DNA of 63,705 nucleotides, filler included, from Octopus bimaculoides (lineage: Eukaryota): the NCBI RefSeq assembly GCF_001194135.2. It is 6 parts of 5 records of this genome, joined end to end, with 100 filler letters (N's around TTAATTAATTAA, not from the genome) between each part and the next. Parts side by side here need not be neighbours in the genome. Positions count along the whole stretch, not along the records: positions 1 to 21,743 come from NC_068985.1; 5 more parts are not named here. The stretch is one strand, 5' to 3'. Below, piece by piece: positions 1 to 10,831 of the stretch (position 1 is its first letter; each line of letters opens with the position of its first letter). The position numbers and the translations under genes are program-made. Below the pieces are notes generated by a model that did no database searches, was not told where the DNA came from, and saw only the letters and a program-made list of their open reading frames with translations.

Positions 1-112
1 CCTTATTATTATCCTCATGGTTATTAATATTGTTTTTAAAGAATTTTAAGTTACCTATGTTGTTTTTATGAGGGTACTTTGGTTTATTTAGTTTATTTAC
101 TTTGTTTATTCC

Positions 113-146
<34 letters not shown>

Positions 147-152
147 GTTGTT

Positions 153-251
153 GTTGTCAGTTGTTTCAATTCCTTTGCTACCATTTTCAATATAGGAGAC
201 CCTTTCTTTATATCCTGCCTTATTTAGTGCTGCATTATAGAAATTAGCTTC
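153..251 (-). mobile_element. Penelope-like element RT/thumb-region fragment
   Basis: Manual translation gives EANFYNAALNKAGYKERVSYIENG, resembling the recalled PLE motif Y(N/Q)xALxKxGY. Other PLE pieces occur in the window. Confidence 0.5.
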
Positions 252-277
252 ATTATATATATATATATTTTTTATTT

Positions 278-309
<32 letters not shown>

Positions 310-605
310 TTATTTTATTTTATTTTATATTATTGTTTCATTTTTGTTATATTGTTTTAACCACCAACTTCTCCCATCTTTTAACACTATCCTTCTAGCT
401 AATATAAACTAGTATTGTTTATTTAACATTCACTCTACACTAAATTGTGGCCCAGTATGGACGGATTCCGGAGTACCGAGGAACTTCTGTGTAAATTAAG
501 AATTCTACGAGGTATATTACAATGGAAAATACCAAACAGAATCTCACCTTTTATCTATCATGTTTCTTCCTACTTTAACTTATTCTATGTGATATAATTC
601 TTGGG

Positions 606-690
606 AAAGAATACATTTGCGGCTGAAGATAGCTTTATACTATGATGCAACAACTATAAAGCTTGAAACACATGTACCGCAGAATCCTTT
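606..690 (+). ncRNA. Type I hammerhead ribozyme motif (probably from a PLE pseudo-LTR)
   Basis: Core CTGAAGA 623-629 and GAAA 665-668. Stem II 631-639/655-663 is 9 perfect bp with U630.U664 at its base. Stem III is ACA/TGT with a 2-nt loop. GTA triplet 674-676. Stem I 616-622/677-683, then an ACA bulge and 6 of 7 further pairs. Confidence 0.8.
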
Positions 691-729
691 GTGTTTTGTT
701 TTTATTTTATATTTCCAATTTATATATAT

Positions 730-905
730 ATATATATATATATAGTAATGGTACCATGTAAAAAAACACCCAGTACACTCTCAAAAGTGGCTGGTATAAG
801 GAAGAGCATCCAGCTGTAGAAACCATGCCAAAACAGACTATGGAACTTGGTGTGACCCCTTGCCTTGCCAGTAGCATAGAAAATGGATGTTAAATGATGA
901 TGATT
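730..905 (+). mobile_element. SINE with GGAAGGGCATCCAGCTGTAGAAAC central domain and (GAT)n tail, diverged copy
   Basis: Matches copies at 5568-5918, 61668-61826 and 63565-63705. The central motif resembles the V-SINE domain (from recall). Confidence 0.7.
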
Positions 906-1223
906 ATATGAATTCTGAGAATCATGCACCTAACACATGTATAATTTTTTGCATATTGAAATTAATACTACATGAAGAATGTTGTGAAGCAGCCATAATT
1001 TTCTAGAAGTCACATGGTTAAATAAGTCTATATTCACATCTCAAAACTTTGTTTTGTAAATCTTTCATAACACAAGAACCTCTTACCAAGTCAGACTAAC
1101 TCAATTAGGTGTTTTGGGGAACAACTAGTTTCAGACCAAAAGATCATTGATCAACCACTTGTACATAAAAAAAAAACAGCCTACTATTGATGATCTTATG
1201 AAATGTCTCACTTGTTCTTGCAG

Positions 1224-1604
1224 GTTAACTACAGTACACCAGACTTTATTGTCATTGTGGAGTTCCTGAAAGGATTTTGCTGCCTAAGTGTTGTGAAAGA
1301 TTTCTACAAGTTCCGCAAGTACAATCTACAGGAGACAGCCAGAGCACTGCAACGCCTGGCTGCAAATCAATGTGAAACCACAGAAGAACAACCAAATGCT
1401 ACAGCTCTAGCAGAGAGCACACCTGACACTAATCTCATTCATGCCAGCACTCTTGCTAAATCTGACTCTAAAAATGAATTAAGTGCTACCATTGTCAATT
1501 CCAAGGACAAGTTAAACACTAATAGATCTAACTGTACTGAAATACAGAATGATTGTAATCAGTCTAGTGAAAAATCAGAAACAGAAACTGGTGAGAAAGT
1601 TTAG
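1224..1604 (+). CDS. THUMPD1: THUMP domain-containing protein 1, last coding exon
   Basis: Acceptor ttgttcttgcag| at 1223, phase 0. VNYSTPDFIVIVEFLKGFCCLSVVKDFYKFRKYNLQE matches the recalled THUMPD1 C-terminal motif (VVEIIKAVCCLSVVKDYMLFRKYNLQE in human). An acidic low-complexity tail follows. Upstream exons are outside the window. Confidence 0.9.
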   Translation, partial: VNYSTPDFIVIVEFLKGFCCLSVVKDFYKFRKYNLQETARALQRLAANQCETTEEQPNATALAESTPDTNLIHASTLAKSDSKNELSATIVNSKDKLNTNRSNCTEIQNDCNQSSEKSETETGEKV

Positions 1605-1933
1605 CAAGAACTGTTGTGAACTAGTTCCATTGCTGGCAGCAGTGCAGATCGGATGAATTTTAAGAACGTGTGCAGTCTTTTGAAATCAACTCCCTAAGAT
1701 GTACTTTCCTGTTGTTTGTTTCATTCAGTTCTATTTAGTTGTAAAAATATCTGTTACCATTTCTTTAAACCCTGCTGTTCTGTTGTTATTTTTTATAGGT
1801 TTTATAGAAATGGGACACAGGTAAAGATATGGCAAAAACTCCAGTATATTACTGGTATTTATTTTGACAATCTTAAATGGAGTGACAAGAGAATCGGGTT
1901 ATTACTACTTTGGACCTTCACTTTTTGACATAT

Positions 1934-1939
1934 AATAAA
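1934..1939 (+). promoter_or_regulatory. Candidate polyadenylation signal of THUMPD1
   Basis: AATAAA about 330 nt after the stop, followed by GT-rich ttgtgtatg. Confidence 0.4.
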
Positions 1940-2664
1940 TTGTGTATGAAAGATTATTAATATAGATAAACCCATCATCAAAGTATCTGATATCTTACAA
2001 GAGATAAGTAGACAGACAAGTAGTTAAATAGATAGATATACTGGAGACAAGTAGTTTAACACAGTAATGAGTGATTCCCTGCTTTACTTACAGTTAGAGA
2101 TGTGATCACAGTATGGTGTAAGTAAGAGGACGCAAACAGCTGTCTCACCTGCTTGTCTGATATGTTATTGACCTGATCAACCACTGTCCACTGCAAACTC
2201 TTTTCAGGAACCAATTCCAAAGATGTTTTTTGATGCAAGAGTTTACTCCCAGACTGGAGTGTCTGATCTTCTTCAGTCCATCAGAAAAAAAGTGAAGCCT
2301 CATTGGTTGATCAGTGACCAACTCACTTTACATGACAAGCTGGTCTGACTGCAGACAAATGTTCTTTCAAAAACTAAAGAAACAAGGTTAGGAGGTGGCA
2401 TCTACAAACTGAACCAAGTTATTCCAATATGAGTTACACACAAATATTTTAATCTTTAATTGGTAAATCATCAATCAAATTAATTAATTAAAGTGAGAAT
2501 GAGGCAGAAAATGGTCAAGTTCTTGTTCCAAACCTCATCTGAGCATTTTTATCCATTGAGGGCCGTGATGTTCTTTAATTACCTTCATTTCTGTTGACAA
2601 AAAAAAATAACAGAGAAATGTTTTAAATACTGAATAATGTAAAATGAATGAAATACAAAGGTTA

Positions 2665-2670
2665 TTTATT
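2665..2670 (-). promoter_or_regulatory. Candidate polyadenylation signal of the minus-strand coiled-coil gene
   Basis: AATAAA on the minus strand about 50 nt after the predicted stop at 2719. Confidence 0.35.
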
Positions 2671-2718
2671 AACTACATAATTGTGTGTGTAAACCTGAGC
2701 AGGAAGAAGGCTCCAGAG

Positions 2719-2728
2719 TTACCTGCTC
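2719..2728 (-). CDS. PAN/coiled-coil gene, terminal exon coding part (R-S-R-stop)
   Basis: Acceptor tcttatttccccag|G AGC AGG TAA. Phase 2 matches the previous exon. Confidence 0.5.
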
Positions 2729-3634
2729 CTGGGGAAATAAGATCAGTCAAAGAATTTAGTATATTTTATTAATCCCAGGTAAATTTGATGATAGCAGTGA
2801 GATTTAGTTGCTAAACAACTAATTACATGGCCATTGGTTCAAACCGTTCTACCATTGTGTTGTACCTTTGGGCAAAGTATAATCTGGTTTGCACCTAGGT
2901 GGCACAACCACTTCTTAACATCAGAAGTAGGACGAACAGGCTGGCATGGAAATGTGAAACATCAGTAAAACAAATCTTGTATATGTTTGTGTGAAACGTC
3001 AAAAATCTAATGTAGATGATTTTTGTGATTACATCTATTTAATTTCTTTAATGTCCTACTTTAGTCTTTCGTTTTTGTCACTTTTGAAAAACCATTGCTT
3101 CATCATCATCATCATCATCGTTTAATGTCCTTCTTCCATACTGGCTAGCCAGGCAGGAGCCTGCATCAGACTTCTCTGTCTGTTTTGACACGGTTTTTAT
3201 GGCTGATGCCCTTTATAACACCAGCCACTGAGTGGCACCAGCACAGACGAGGTCAGTTTCAGCATGGTTTTTACAGCTGGATGCCCTTCCAGATGCTAAC
3301 CACTTTACTATGTGGTACCAGCACTGGCAGAGTCACCAAGTAACTTGCAAGACAAGAAATCTTTGAGAGGAGAAGAGGCATTGGAGGATGCAATCTTGTG
3401 CCAGATGATGAACGGTTAGAGTATGACAGACAAAATGTCTTGCTGTAGAAGAGGTACATGGCTACCCGGCCAGAGTTTGACATAATATTCCTTAAGACAA
3501 ACTTCACTCTCTCAGTTTATCAGCCATCTTCTCACAGTAGTCAGCTGACTCATTGACTGTCTACTATTAGAATAAAGCTAGTAAACAGAGTAAGAGAGAG
3601 AAACATTTGTATGTAACAGTCATTGTTCACTTAC

Positions 3635-3670
3635 CGTGGTGGAGGAGCTTGCCAAGAGGTATGTTTAATC
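3635..3670 (-). CDS. PAN/coiled-coil gene, 36-nt exon (IKHTSWQAPPP)
   Basis: Acceptor tttatttccatacag| and donor |gtaagt, phase 2-2. Confidence 0.65.
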
Positions 3671-4847
3671 CTGTATGGAAATAAATTGAAAGCAGTGAAA
3701 TTGTTTGGAATGAAATAAAACAAGAATCAGATTGGTGTTAAGTTTTGTGTTGGATAGCCCCCACCATCATCTTTGCTGTGATACAGTTGTAGCTCATCAA
3801 TGTAATCATTCAGTATTTCTAGTCATTTCTCGTGATGTGAGATACATGTTTGGCTAGTGAGCATACAATACTATCCTGTTTAATACCAACCCTACTAATT
3901 AGACAGCTTTTACTCACCAGTGCAACTCTTACAAACACTCTTACCTCCCAAACTGCAAGCAGTGATTTTAATTCCTTGCTAAAAGAATTTCTACTAATTC
4001 TGTGGAATCCACTTTCCCTTTATTTTTCAATCACATGGCTTTCTAAGCCATATATCTTAATACAAATCATTCACATTTGTAGCCCACTTTGCATCTAACT
4101 CTACACAATTGGTAAATTTTCAAAACTATCTCTCTCTCCATTACACCAAGCTAATCATTTTCCTATATACACACCAAATGTGGAAGAACATTGGGTCACT
4201 TCAAAACAATCAAACCAGATCTTCACACTGTCTTGTCCATTGTCTTCAAACAATGCAACCCAAAGTTAACAGATTTTCTACAGCTGGATGCCCTTACTGT
4301 TACCAATCCTCACCTGTTTCCAAGCAAGGTAATATCTCTTCATAGTTGGACATGATTATACACAACTGGAAATGACGGTGACACTTGCTTACAACTATTG
4401 AATGATGTTAAGACAAAGAGATACAACAAACAAGCACACACTCATGTATGTATATATACACAAACGGCAGGCTTCTTTCAGTTTACACCTACCAAACCTC
4501 ACAAGGCTTTGGTCAGCTCAAGGTGATAGCTAAAGACATTTGCCCAAAGTGTTGTATATGTCTTCTACTTAGATCTAAGAATAGGGAGAGAACTTCTGAC
4601 ATTTGTTTAATATAAATCTTAGGGACAAAGAAGTATTTAGACAAATTAGATGTATTTCTTTTTTTTACCTCTAAATGACTGTTAAAATGTGGGATTACTC
4701 TAGCTTCTAACACAAAATGTAATTTTTGGTTGTGAACTAAGGTAAACCAGCTTGAAATTCTATTACCTGTTTTGACTGGCTATATTAACTACAATCAACC
4801 ACACTGAAAAATTATTGTCGGGATTGGATAACCAATAAAATGCTTAC

Positions 4848-4909
4848 TCCACTTTCTTGTGTTGATATTTTCCCTTCTTTGCTTGTGGTTTGTGGATAAC
4901 TCTGGTTTT
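4848..4909 (-). CDS. PAN/coiled-coil gene, 62-nt exon (KTRVIHKPQAKKGKYQHKKV)
   Basis: Acceptor cttttatcatctttcacag| and donor |gtaagc. Phase 0-2 bridges the neighbouring exons. Confidence 0.65.
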
Positions 4910-5505
4910 CTGTGAAAGATGATAAAAGTAGAATGAGTAAACTGTCCACTGGACAGCAATATCAATTACAGCAGTAACACACCAGCATCAGTTGTCAAGC
5001 GATGTTGTGGGGACAGACACACATATATATATATACATATATATACGATGGGCTTGTTTCAGTTTCCGTCTACCAAATCCACTCACAAGGCGATAGTAGA
5101 AGACACTTGACCAAGCTGCCATGCAGTGGGACTGAACCCAGAAGCATGTGGTTGGTAAGCAAGCTACTTACCACACAGCCACTCCTGCACCTAAAATTTT
5201 AGTAAGACCCTTTAATGCAGGCCCTGGGTGAGACTGAACCCTGCTCAGGATGGTCAATGTAGTTGTCTGCTTATGTCTCTACCCACAAGGCCACCAAGAC
5301 ACCCATATATATATATATATATTTCGAAACGCCGGTGTTAAAACAGGGGTAGCTGATGAAGGAAAATGTTCTCTATGTGGCTTGTGTGTTTTCTTGTCTA
5401 CGTTTGTTTGCAATGTCCTGTACCCAGATATGCACCTATACATACAGATGGATGTCGGTATGCACATACCTGTACGTATATATGCCTATACTCATTTACT
5501 ATTTG

Positions 5506-5567
<62 letters not shown>

Positions 5568-5569
<2 letters not shown>

Positions 5570-5918
5570 ATTTTGAGCGTGACCGTTGCCAGTGCCGCCT
5601 GACTGGCCTTCGTAGGGTTTTCGAGTGAGATCGTTGCCAGTGCCCCTGGACTGGCTTTAGTGTGGGTGGCACATAAAAGACACCATTTCGAGCGTGGCCG
5701 TTGCCAGTACCACCTGACTGGCCTTCGTGCGGGTGACACGTAAAAGCACCCACTACACTCTCTGAGTGGTTGGCATTAGGAAGGGCATCCAGCTGTAGAA
5801 ACTCTGCCAAATCAGATTGGAGCCTGGTGTTGCCATCCGGTTTCACCAGTCCCCAGTCAAATCGTCCAACCAATGCTAGCATGGAAGGCGGACGTTAAAC
5901 AATGATGATGATGATGAT
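5568..5918 (+). mobile_element. SINE (V-domain-like, RTE-type tail) with three internal tandem units
   Basis: Repeats of TTCGAGCGTGRCCGTTGCCAGT...GACTGGCCTT, then the GGAAGGGCATCCAGCTGTAGAAAC domain and a GATGATGAT tail. Confidence 0.8.
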
Positions 5919-6088
5919 ACACACACACACACACACACACTGACAAACAGAGAGTATCAACAGATGATCGTAAAACAAGGTTGTTTAGAGAAAGGCAAAA
6001 GACAAAGTTGTTTAAAGAAAGGCAAACGTATTCATTTGTAACAATAGTAAAGGGAGTCAGAAGGAAGAGATGTAAATATGTCACTAAC

Positions 6089-6328
6089 CAAATGAAGTCC
6101 CAGTTTCATATTTTTCTGATTATTCTTCATTTCCCCAAAGCTTGTCTCTAATTCGTTGATACGCATAGCCAGTTTATCAACAACATCTCTCTGAAGGTTT
6201 GGAGTCTGTGAGGCACTGAACAATAACTGGTTGTTCTTGTTCTCTTCAATCTGTTTCATGGCACTGTTTAACATTGTCTGCAAAAGTTCTTGTTTGTTTT
6301 CAATTTCTTTGATTTTCGAAATCGGTCC
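6089..6328 (-). CDS. PAN/coiled-coil gene, exon GPISKIKEIENK...KLGLHL (80 codons)
   Basis: Acceptor tttctctctccag| and donor |gttagt, phase 0-0. Heptad-like E/K/Q/L-rich sequence. Confidence 0.85.
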
Positions 6329-6827
6329 CTGGAGAGAGAAAGCAAAAAGAAAATATCTCATGCTTCAATAGTAACACACTGCATTGTAGGGGAACCTATG
6401 AAGCCACCCCATCTACAGGGTTGCGCAATTTGCTAGAAATTGAAAATTTACCCAACAACTACTCACTGCATCTATCCTGTCACCATCTACACACAGTCCT
6501 TATTTGGTTAACATCCACCCTGTTATCATCACACAAATACACCACCTTTGTTGTATTCCTCTCAGGGGACTTGCAGAGAAAAGACAACGAGTTGTACAAT
6601 TTAGTTATTACATTTATTTACTAATTACATACAAAGAACGCACTCACCGAATGTTCATTATTAAGAAACAAGAATCATGTCCTCGCCATATATATCAATA
6701 ACATTTCACTTTCACAATCACACAAAACAACAATGAAACAAGGACCTCAGACGAACTACATTGAAACACAGGACCTCAGACAAACAAACAAATCTAACAG
6801 TTCATATAATAACCTTGATTATCTTAC

Positions 6828-7070
6828 CTGTGATATCTTCAAAGTGCTGATGTCATTCTGCAGATCGCTCACTTTTAATGACATCTCCTCTAACTGTGCT
6901 TTAATGTCATTTTGCATCATGGTAACTGATGATAAAGATTTAATGATTTTCTCCATCTCATTGGCCGTATTCAAGGAGCGAGTATGTTCTTCTTTCAACT
7001 GTGTCTTCAACATGTCGATATCCTGTCTGGTTTCTTTTCGCTCAGCTTCAATCTTCAGGTTTATTCGAGA
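6828..7070 (-). CDS. PAN/coiled-coil gene, exon SRINLKIEAERK...LKISQ (81 codons)
   Basis: Acceptor ttttttgaaatag| and donor CAG|gtaaga, phase 0-0. Confidence 0.85.
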
Positions 7071-8804
7071 CTATTTCAAAAAATTAGAAATTAAAATAAA
7101 ATCAAAACTTTTGTTATAGATATTTATTGGAACTCACAAGTATTCCAAGTAAATTTTTGTCAGAGAATGGCTATGAGATAAAAGTGCTGGACTACTGACC
7201 ATATGATTGTATGCTCAAACTTTACCACCACCAGCTTTTGTAAATGAGATAAATATTGGAAAAACCTTTGAGCAATGCAGGTGAGGAGTTAGACAAAATA
7301 TATAAGGTCATGTCAATAAATGAAAACAAAGAGAAGAGATTTTATATTACCTTACACAGGTTGTCTACTGATCTTATTTAATAATTGAGAAAAACAATCC
7401 CTTTTTCAAACAGAAGAAAGTAAATAATCAGAGAGTGGAGAAATGTGTTCTTTCTAGTAAACCATTCAACAACATACAAGAATGACTTGTTGGTAACAAT
7501 ACATTTCTCCATAGTCTTTAATTATATTTTCTTATATTTGAAGTGGGGAACTTTTTCCAAAATATCATACAATCATTAAATAACCTATGTAATATAATAT
7601 AATATCTATTTTGTTGTTATTGATTGACAACGCCTTACATATACTTTGCCTAACTCCTCACCTGCATAGATCAAAGGTCTTCTTTTCTTTTTGAAACATT
7701 TATCTTATTTATGCATACTGCAACGCTTCAAACAAATTACAACACTTTTAGAGCTATTGTGTTGTACTCTTGAAAAAGGCATCTACAAATCTGGATAACC
7801 AGCTTTAAAAACCAATACATTCATTATTGCAACAACATATGTAAACAAACATCTTTTTGTTTGTTTTTTGGAAGCATCAAATGTGTATCAAGAAAGTAAT
7901 ATTTCAAATGCAGTATAGCCGTGGATACAGCAGAAAGATTGGATATTTTACTCTCATATGACTGAAAAAGTTGTCATCAGAAAGCTGCAAGGCTGTCAGC
8001 AGGCAGTTTAGCTTAATGGTTATACCCAGCTGGTATCTGAGAGGTGTAGGTTTGAATCCTGTGGCTGTCTGCTGACAACTTTTTCTGTCATATAAAGGTA
8101 AAATACCCAATCTTTCTGCTGTTTTCACAACTATACTACATTCAAAATATTACTTTCTTATCTGTATGATACATTCATTATTGTATTGATATAAACTTGT
8201 TACCAGTTCAAATATGCTTGAGTATATTTGAACCTGTAAGAAGGCTACTTACTGTAATTTGTCACAAAGAAAAATTCTTGCAGAAGACAAATAAGTGTAA
8301 ATACACTTAATCAGTTTGAAATGCTTCCTACTCTGATTGATAAATGTATGTCTTTCAGAGTAGTTATCTCCTCTTCAGCATCAAACAATGGAAAGGGAGG
8401 CACTACAAGCTAACAATGGAAGCCCAGGTCTCTCTCATTATATTCCAATCAACATACTGTGACTGGTTGCATTAAATGGTGGTTCATCTGTACTTTATTG
8501 TATTGATGCACATATAGTGAACCCTTGTAGTGGTCCATGTATTAAGTAATGTGAGGTATAGTGGTATTGTGATGGCTTTCAGCTAAAAGTAGATGGAATG
8601 AACATGGGATGGTAGCTAGACAAAAGATATGTTTTGGTATAAGCATATGTAACAAGATGACAATAACCAATCTAAATAAATTAGAAAGGCTAACTTAGTA
8701 ATCAGCCAAAAGTAAATTAGATGGCAAATGATGAAATGATAAATTTGCATACTTATCTAACTGACACCAGACACACATTACAAACTAAAAGTAGATTAGC
8801 TTAC

Positions 8805-9050
8805 CTCTGGATCCTTTAGTTTGTTCAATTCCAGCTTAATATTCTTGATAAGCTGCAGATTATTTACTGTCTGTGATTTCAAGGTCTTCATGCTGCTAAT
8901 GGCCTCTGTTGCATCTTCTGCAATTTGTCTGACATTCATCTGCAGTTCTGAATACTGCTTGTTGTGCACATCACTGTTGCTACGGATATGCGTCAAGTCC
9001 TCTATCAGACTCTCTTGTGTCTTTCGTACTGCCTTTATTTCTGGTTCCAG
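8805..9050 (-). CDS. PAN/coiled-coil gene, exon LEPEIKAVRK...KLKDPE (82 codons)
   Basis: Acceptor ttcttttccatttccag| and donor GAG|gtaagc, phase 0-0. Confidence 0.85.
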
Positions 9051-10596
9051 CTGGAAATGGAAAAGAACAATAACATTAACAACAGCAACAACAGCTGTGC
9101 ATGCATAACCTCACAGAATCTATAAAAATTATCTGAGTCATTTCAAAGTTTACCTTACAATATCTAAAAATCTCCAGTATTGTAAAAGGTGTCAGAAGGA
9201 ATTACTTTCAGCATTATAAGCTCCATTTTTAAGACCAAATTTCACTGGAAAATTGTCTTTAATCTCTCCAGAGTCAATTAAATATATACCAGTAAAATAC
9301 TGGAGTCAACCAAATCAAACCTTTCCCTCAAAATGTGCTGTTTTATATGAATCTTAGAAATCATTATTTCAAATTTCCAGTTTAATTTGTGAAAGGTTTG
9401 AGTATAAATTTCATAAATTTCCCATCACTGTCCCACCAAAATATGTAAGGAGAATAACCATTCTTATATTATTTTGATAAATTATTTATTACCAAATTTC
9501 TAAATGTCTTAGATGAATTCTTAATAAGATTATAATTTATCCATTCTATAAACTTCAGCTTTAAAGTGTATATTTACAATATTTATAACCACATCCCATT
9601 TCATTTCATGCAACTTCTGAACATCATCAGGAATTTTGTTCCTGTACATGTATATGTACTAGGGATAAGTATATGTACTAGTGGATATGGACTAGATGAG
9701 ATGTTAAAATGATTATAATTTACCCAGGCTATAAACTTCAGGTCTAATGTGTATATCAACAATATTCATATCTAGAACACATCTCATTCCATTCATTTTC
9801 TGGATATCATCAGGTCTTTTATTTCTGGATTTGTGCCTGTACATATCCAGCCAATAATGTCCTTATCCACTAAACATGTGTTTAAGGACTTACTACCATT
9901 AGTTTGAATCTGGTCTGGAATCATGTACATATATACAACCATGAAAAAGACAACAGAAATCAGAGATGTCATCATCATTTAATGTCCATGTTCCATATTG
10001 GCATGGGTTGGATGGTTTTCCAGTCTGATTTGAAATGGTTGCTATGGTTGGATGGTCTTCTTAATGCCAACCACTTTACAGCATACACGAGATGTGTTTT
10101 CATGCCAGCAGCACTGATGTTGCAATAAACATCATGAATATACAGTCTAAAAAAAAGTCTCAATAAATCATATCAATAAAGATTATTTGTTGTTAAAAGG
10201 GCAATAGATTGGCAGTATTTAGTCTGGCTCTTTAGGTTTTGAGTTCAAATCCTGCTGAGGTCAACCTTGCCTTTCATTGGGTCAATAAAATAAAATATCA
10301 ATCAAGTAATGACGTCATTTTTATCAACTAACTCCACTCTCACCAAATTTATGGAAGTGTGCTTATGTTACAAACAATTATTATTTGTTGTTGTAAGAAG
10401 AAGGGGATGTGTGGAAGAGGGTACCACTTTCAGATAACTACACATACAAAATTAAAAAAAGGACAAATAAAATTAAGTTAACTGATGTGAACTAAATTAG
10501 GATTGGTCAGAGCACATTCACACACCCCTACTCCTAGCAACAAATATTAATTGTGAAAGCAGCTTAGGATGACATGGAAAAACAATCAAAAGTTCT

Positions 10597-10831
10597 TTAT
10601 TTCTTTATTGCCCACAAGGGGCTAAACATAGAGGGGACAAACAAAGACAGACAAAGGGGTTAAGTCCATTACATTGACCCCAGTGCGCAACTGGTACTTA
10701 ATTTATCGACCCCAAAAGGATGAAAGGCAAAGTCGACCTCGGCGGAATTTGAACTCAGAACGTAACGGCAGACAAAATACTGCTAAGCATTTCGCCCAGC
10801 GTACTAACATTTCTGCCAGCTTGCTGCCTTG
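10597..10831 (-). mobile_element. tRNA-derived SINE (family with GGCAAAGTCGACCTCGGCGGAATTTGAACTCAG), full length with 15-bp TSD
   Basis: ACAATCAAAAGTTCT flanks both sides (10582-10596, 10832-10846). B-box-like GAGTTCAAATTCC. More than 20 related copies lie in the window. Confidence 0.9.

Noticed and set aside
2235-2282. CTGAAGA with a CAGAC/GTCTG hairpin on the minus strand
   Set aside because: The GAAA core is absent (GTAAAC) and stems I and III do not form.
3945-3978. Alternative 34-nt exon (QGIKITACSLG) giving a different C-terminus via 2695-2728 and 2591
   Set aside because: Weaker acceptor and a weak gtttac donor downstream. The 4848/3635/2728 chain has better sites.
5323-5380. GAAAC...CTGATGA in permuted (type II-like) hammerhead order
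   Set aside because: Stems I and III do not pair convincingly and the left side is cut by (AT)n. At most a pLTR fragment.
9180-9830. Possible decayed RT plus a 190-bp tandem duplication carrying CTGATGA on the minus strand
   Set aside because: Motif similarity is marginal and no hammerhead stems form.
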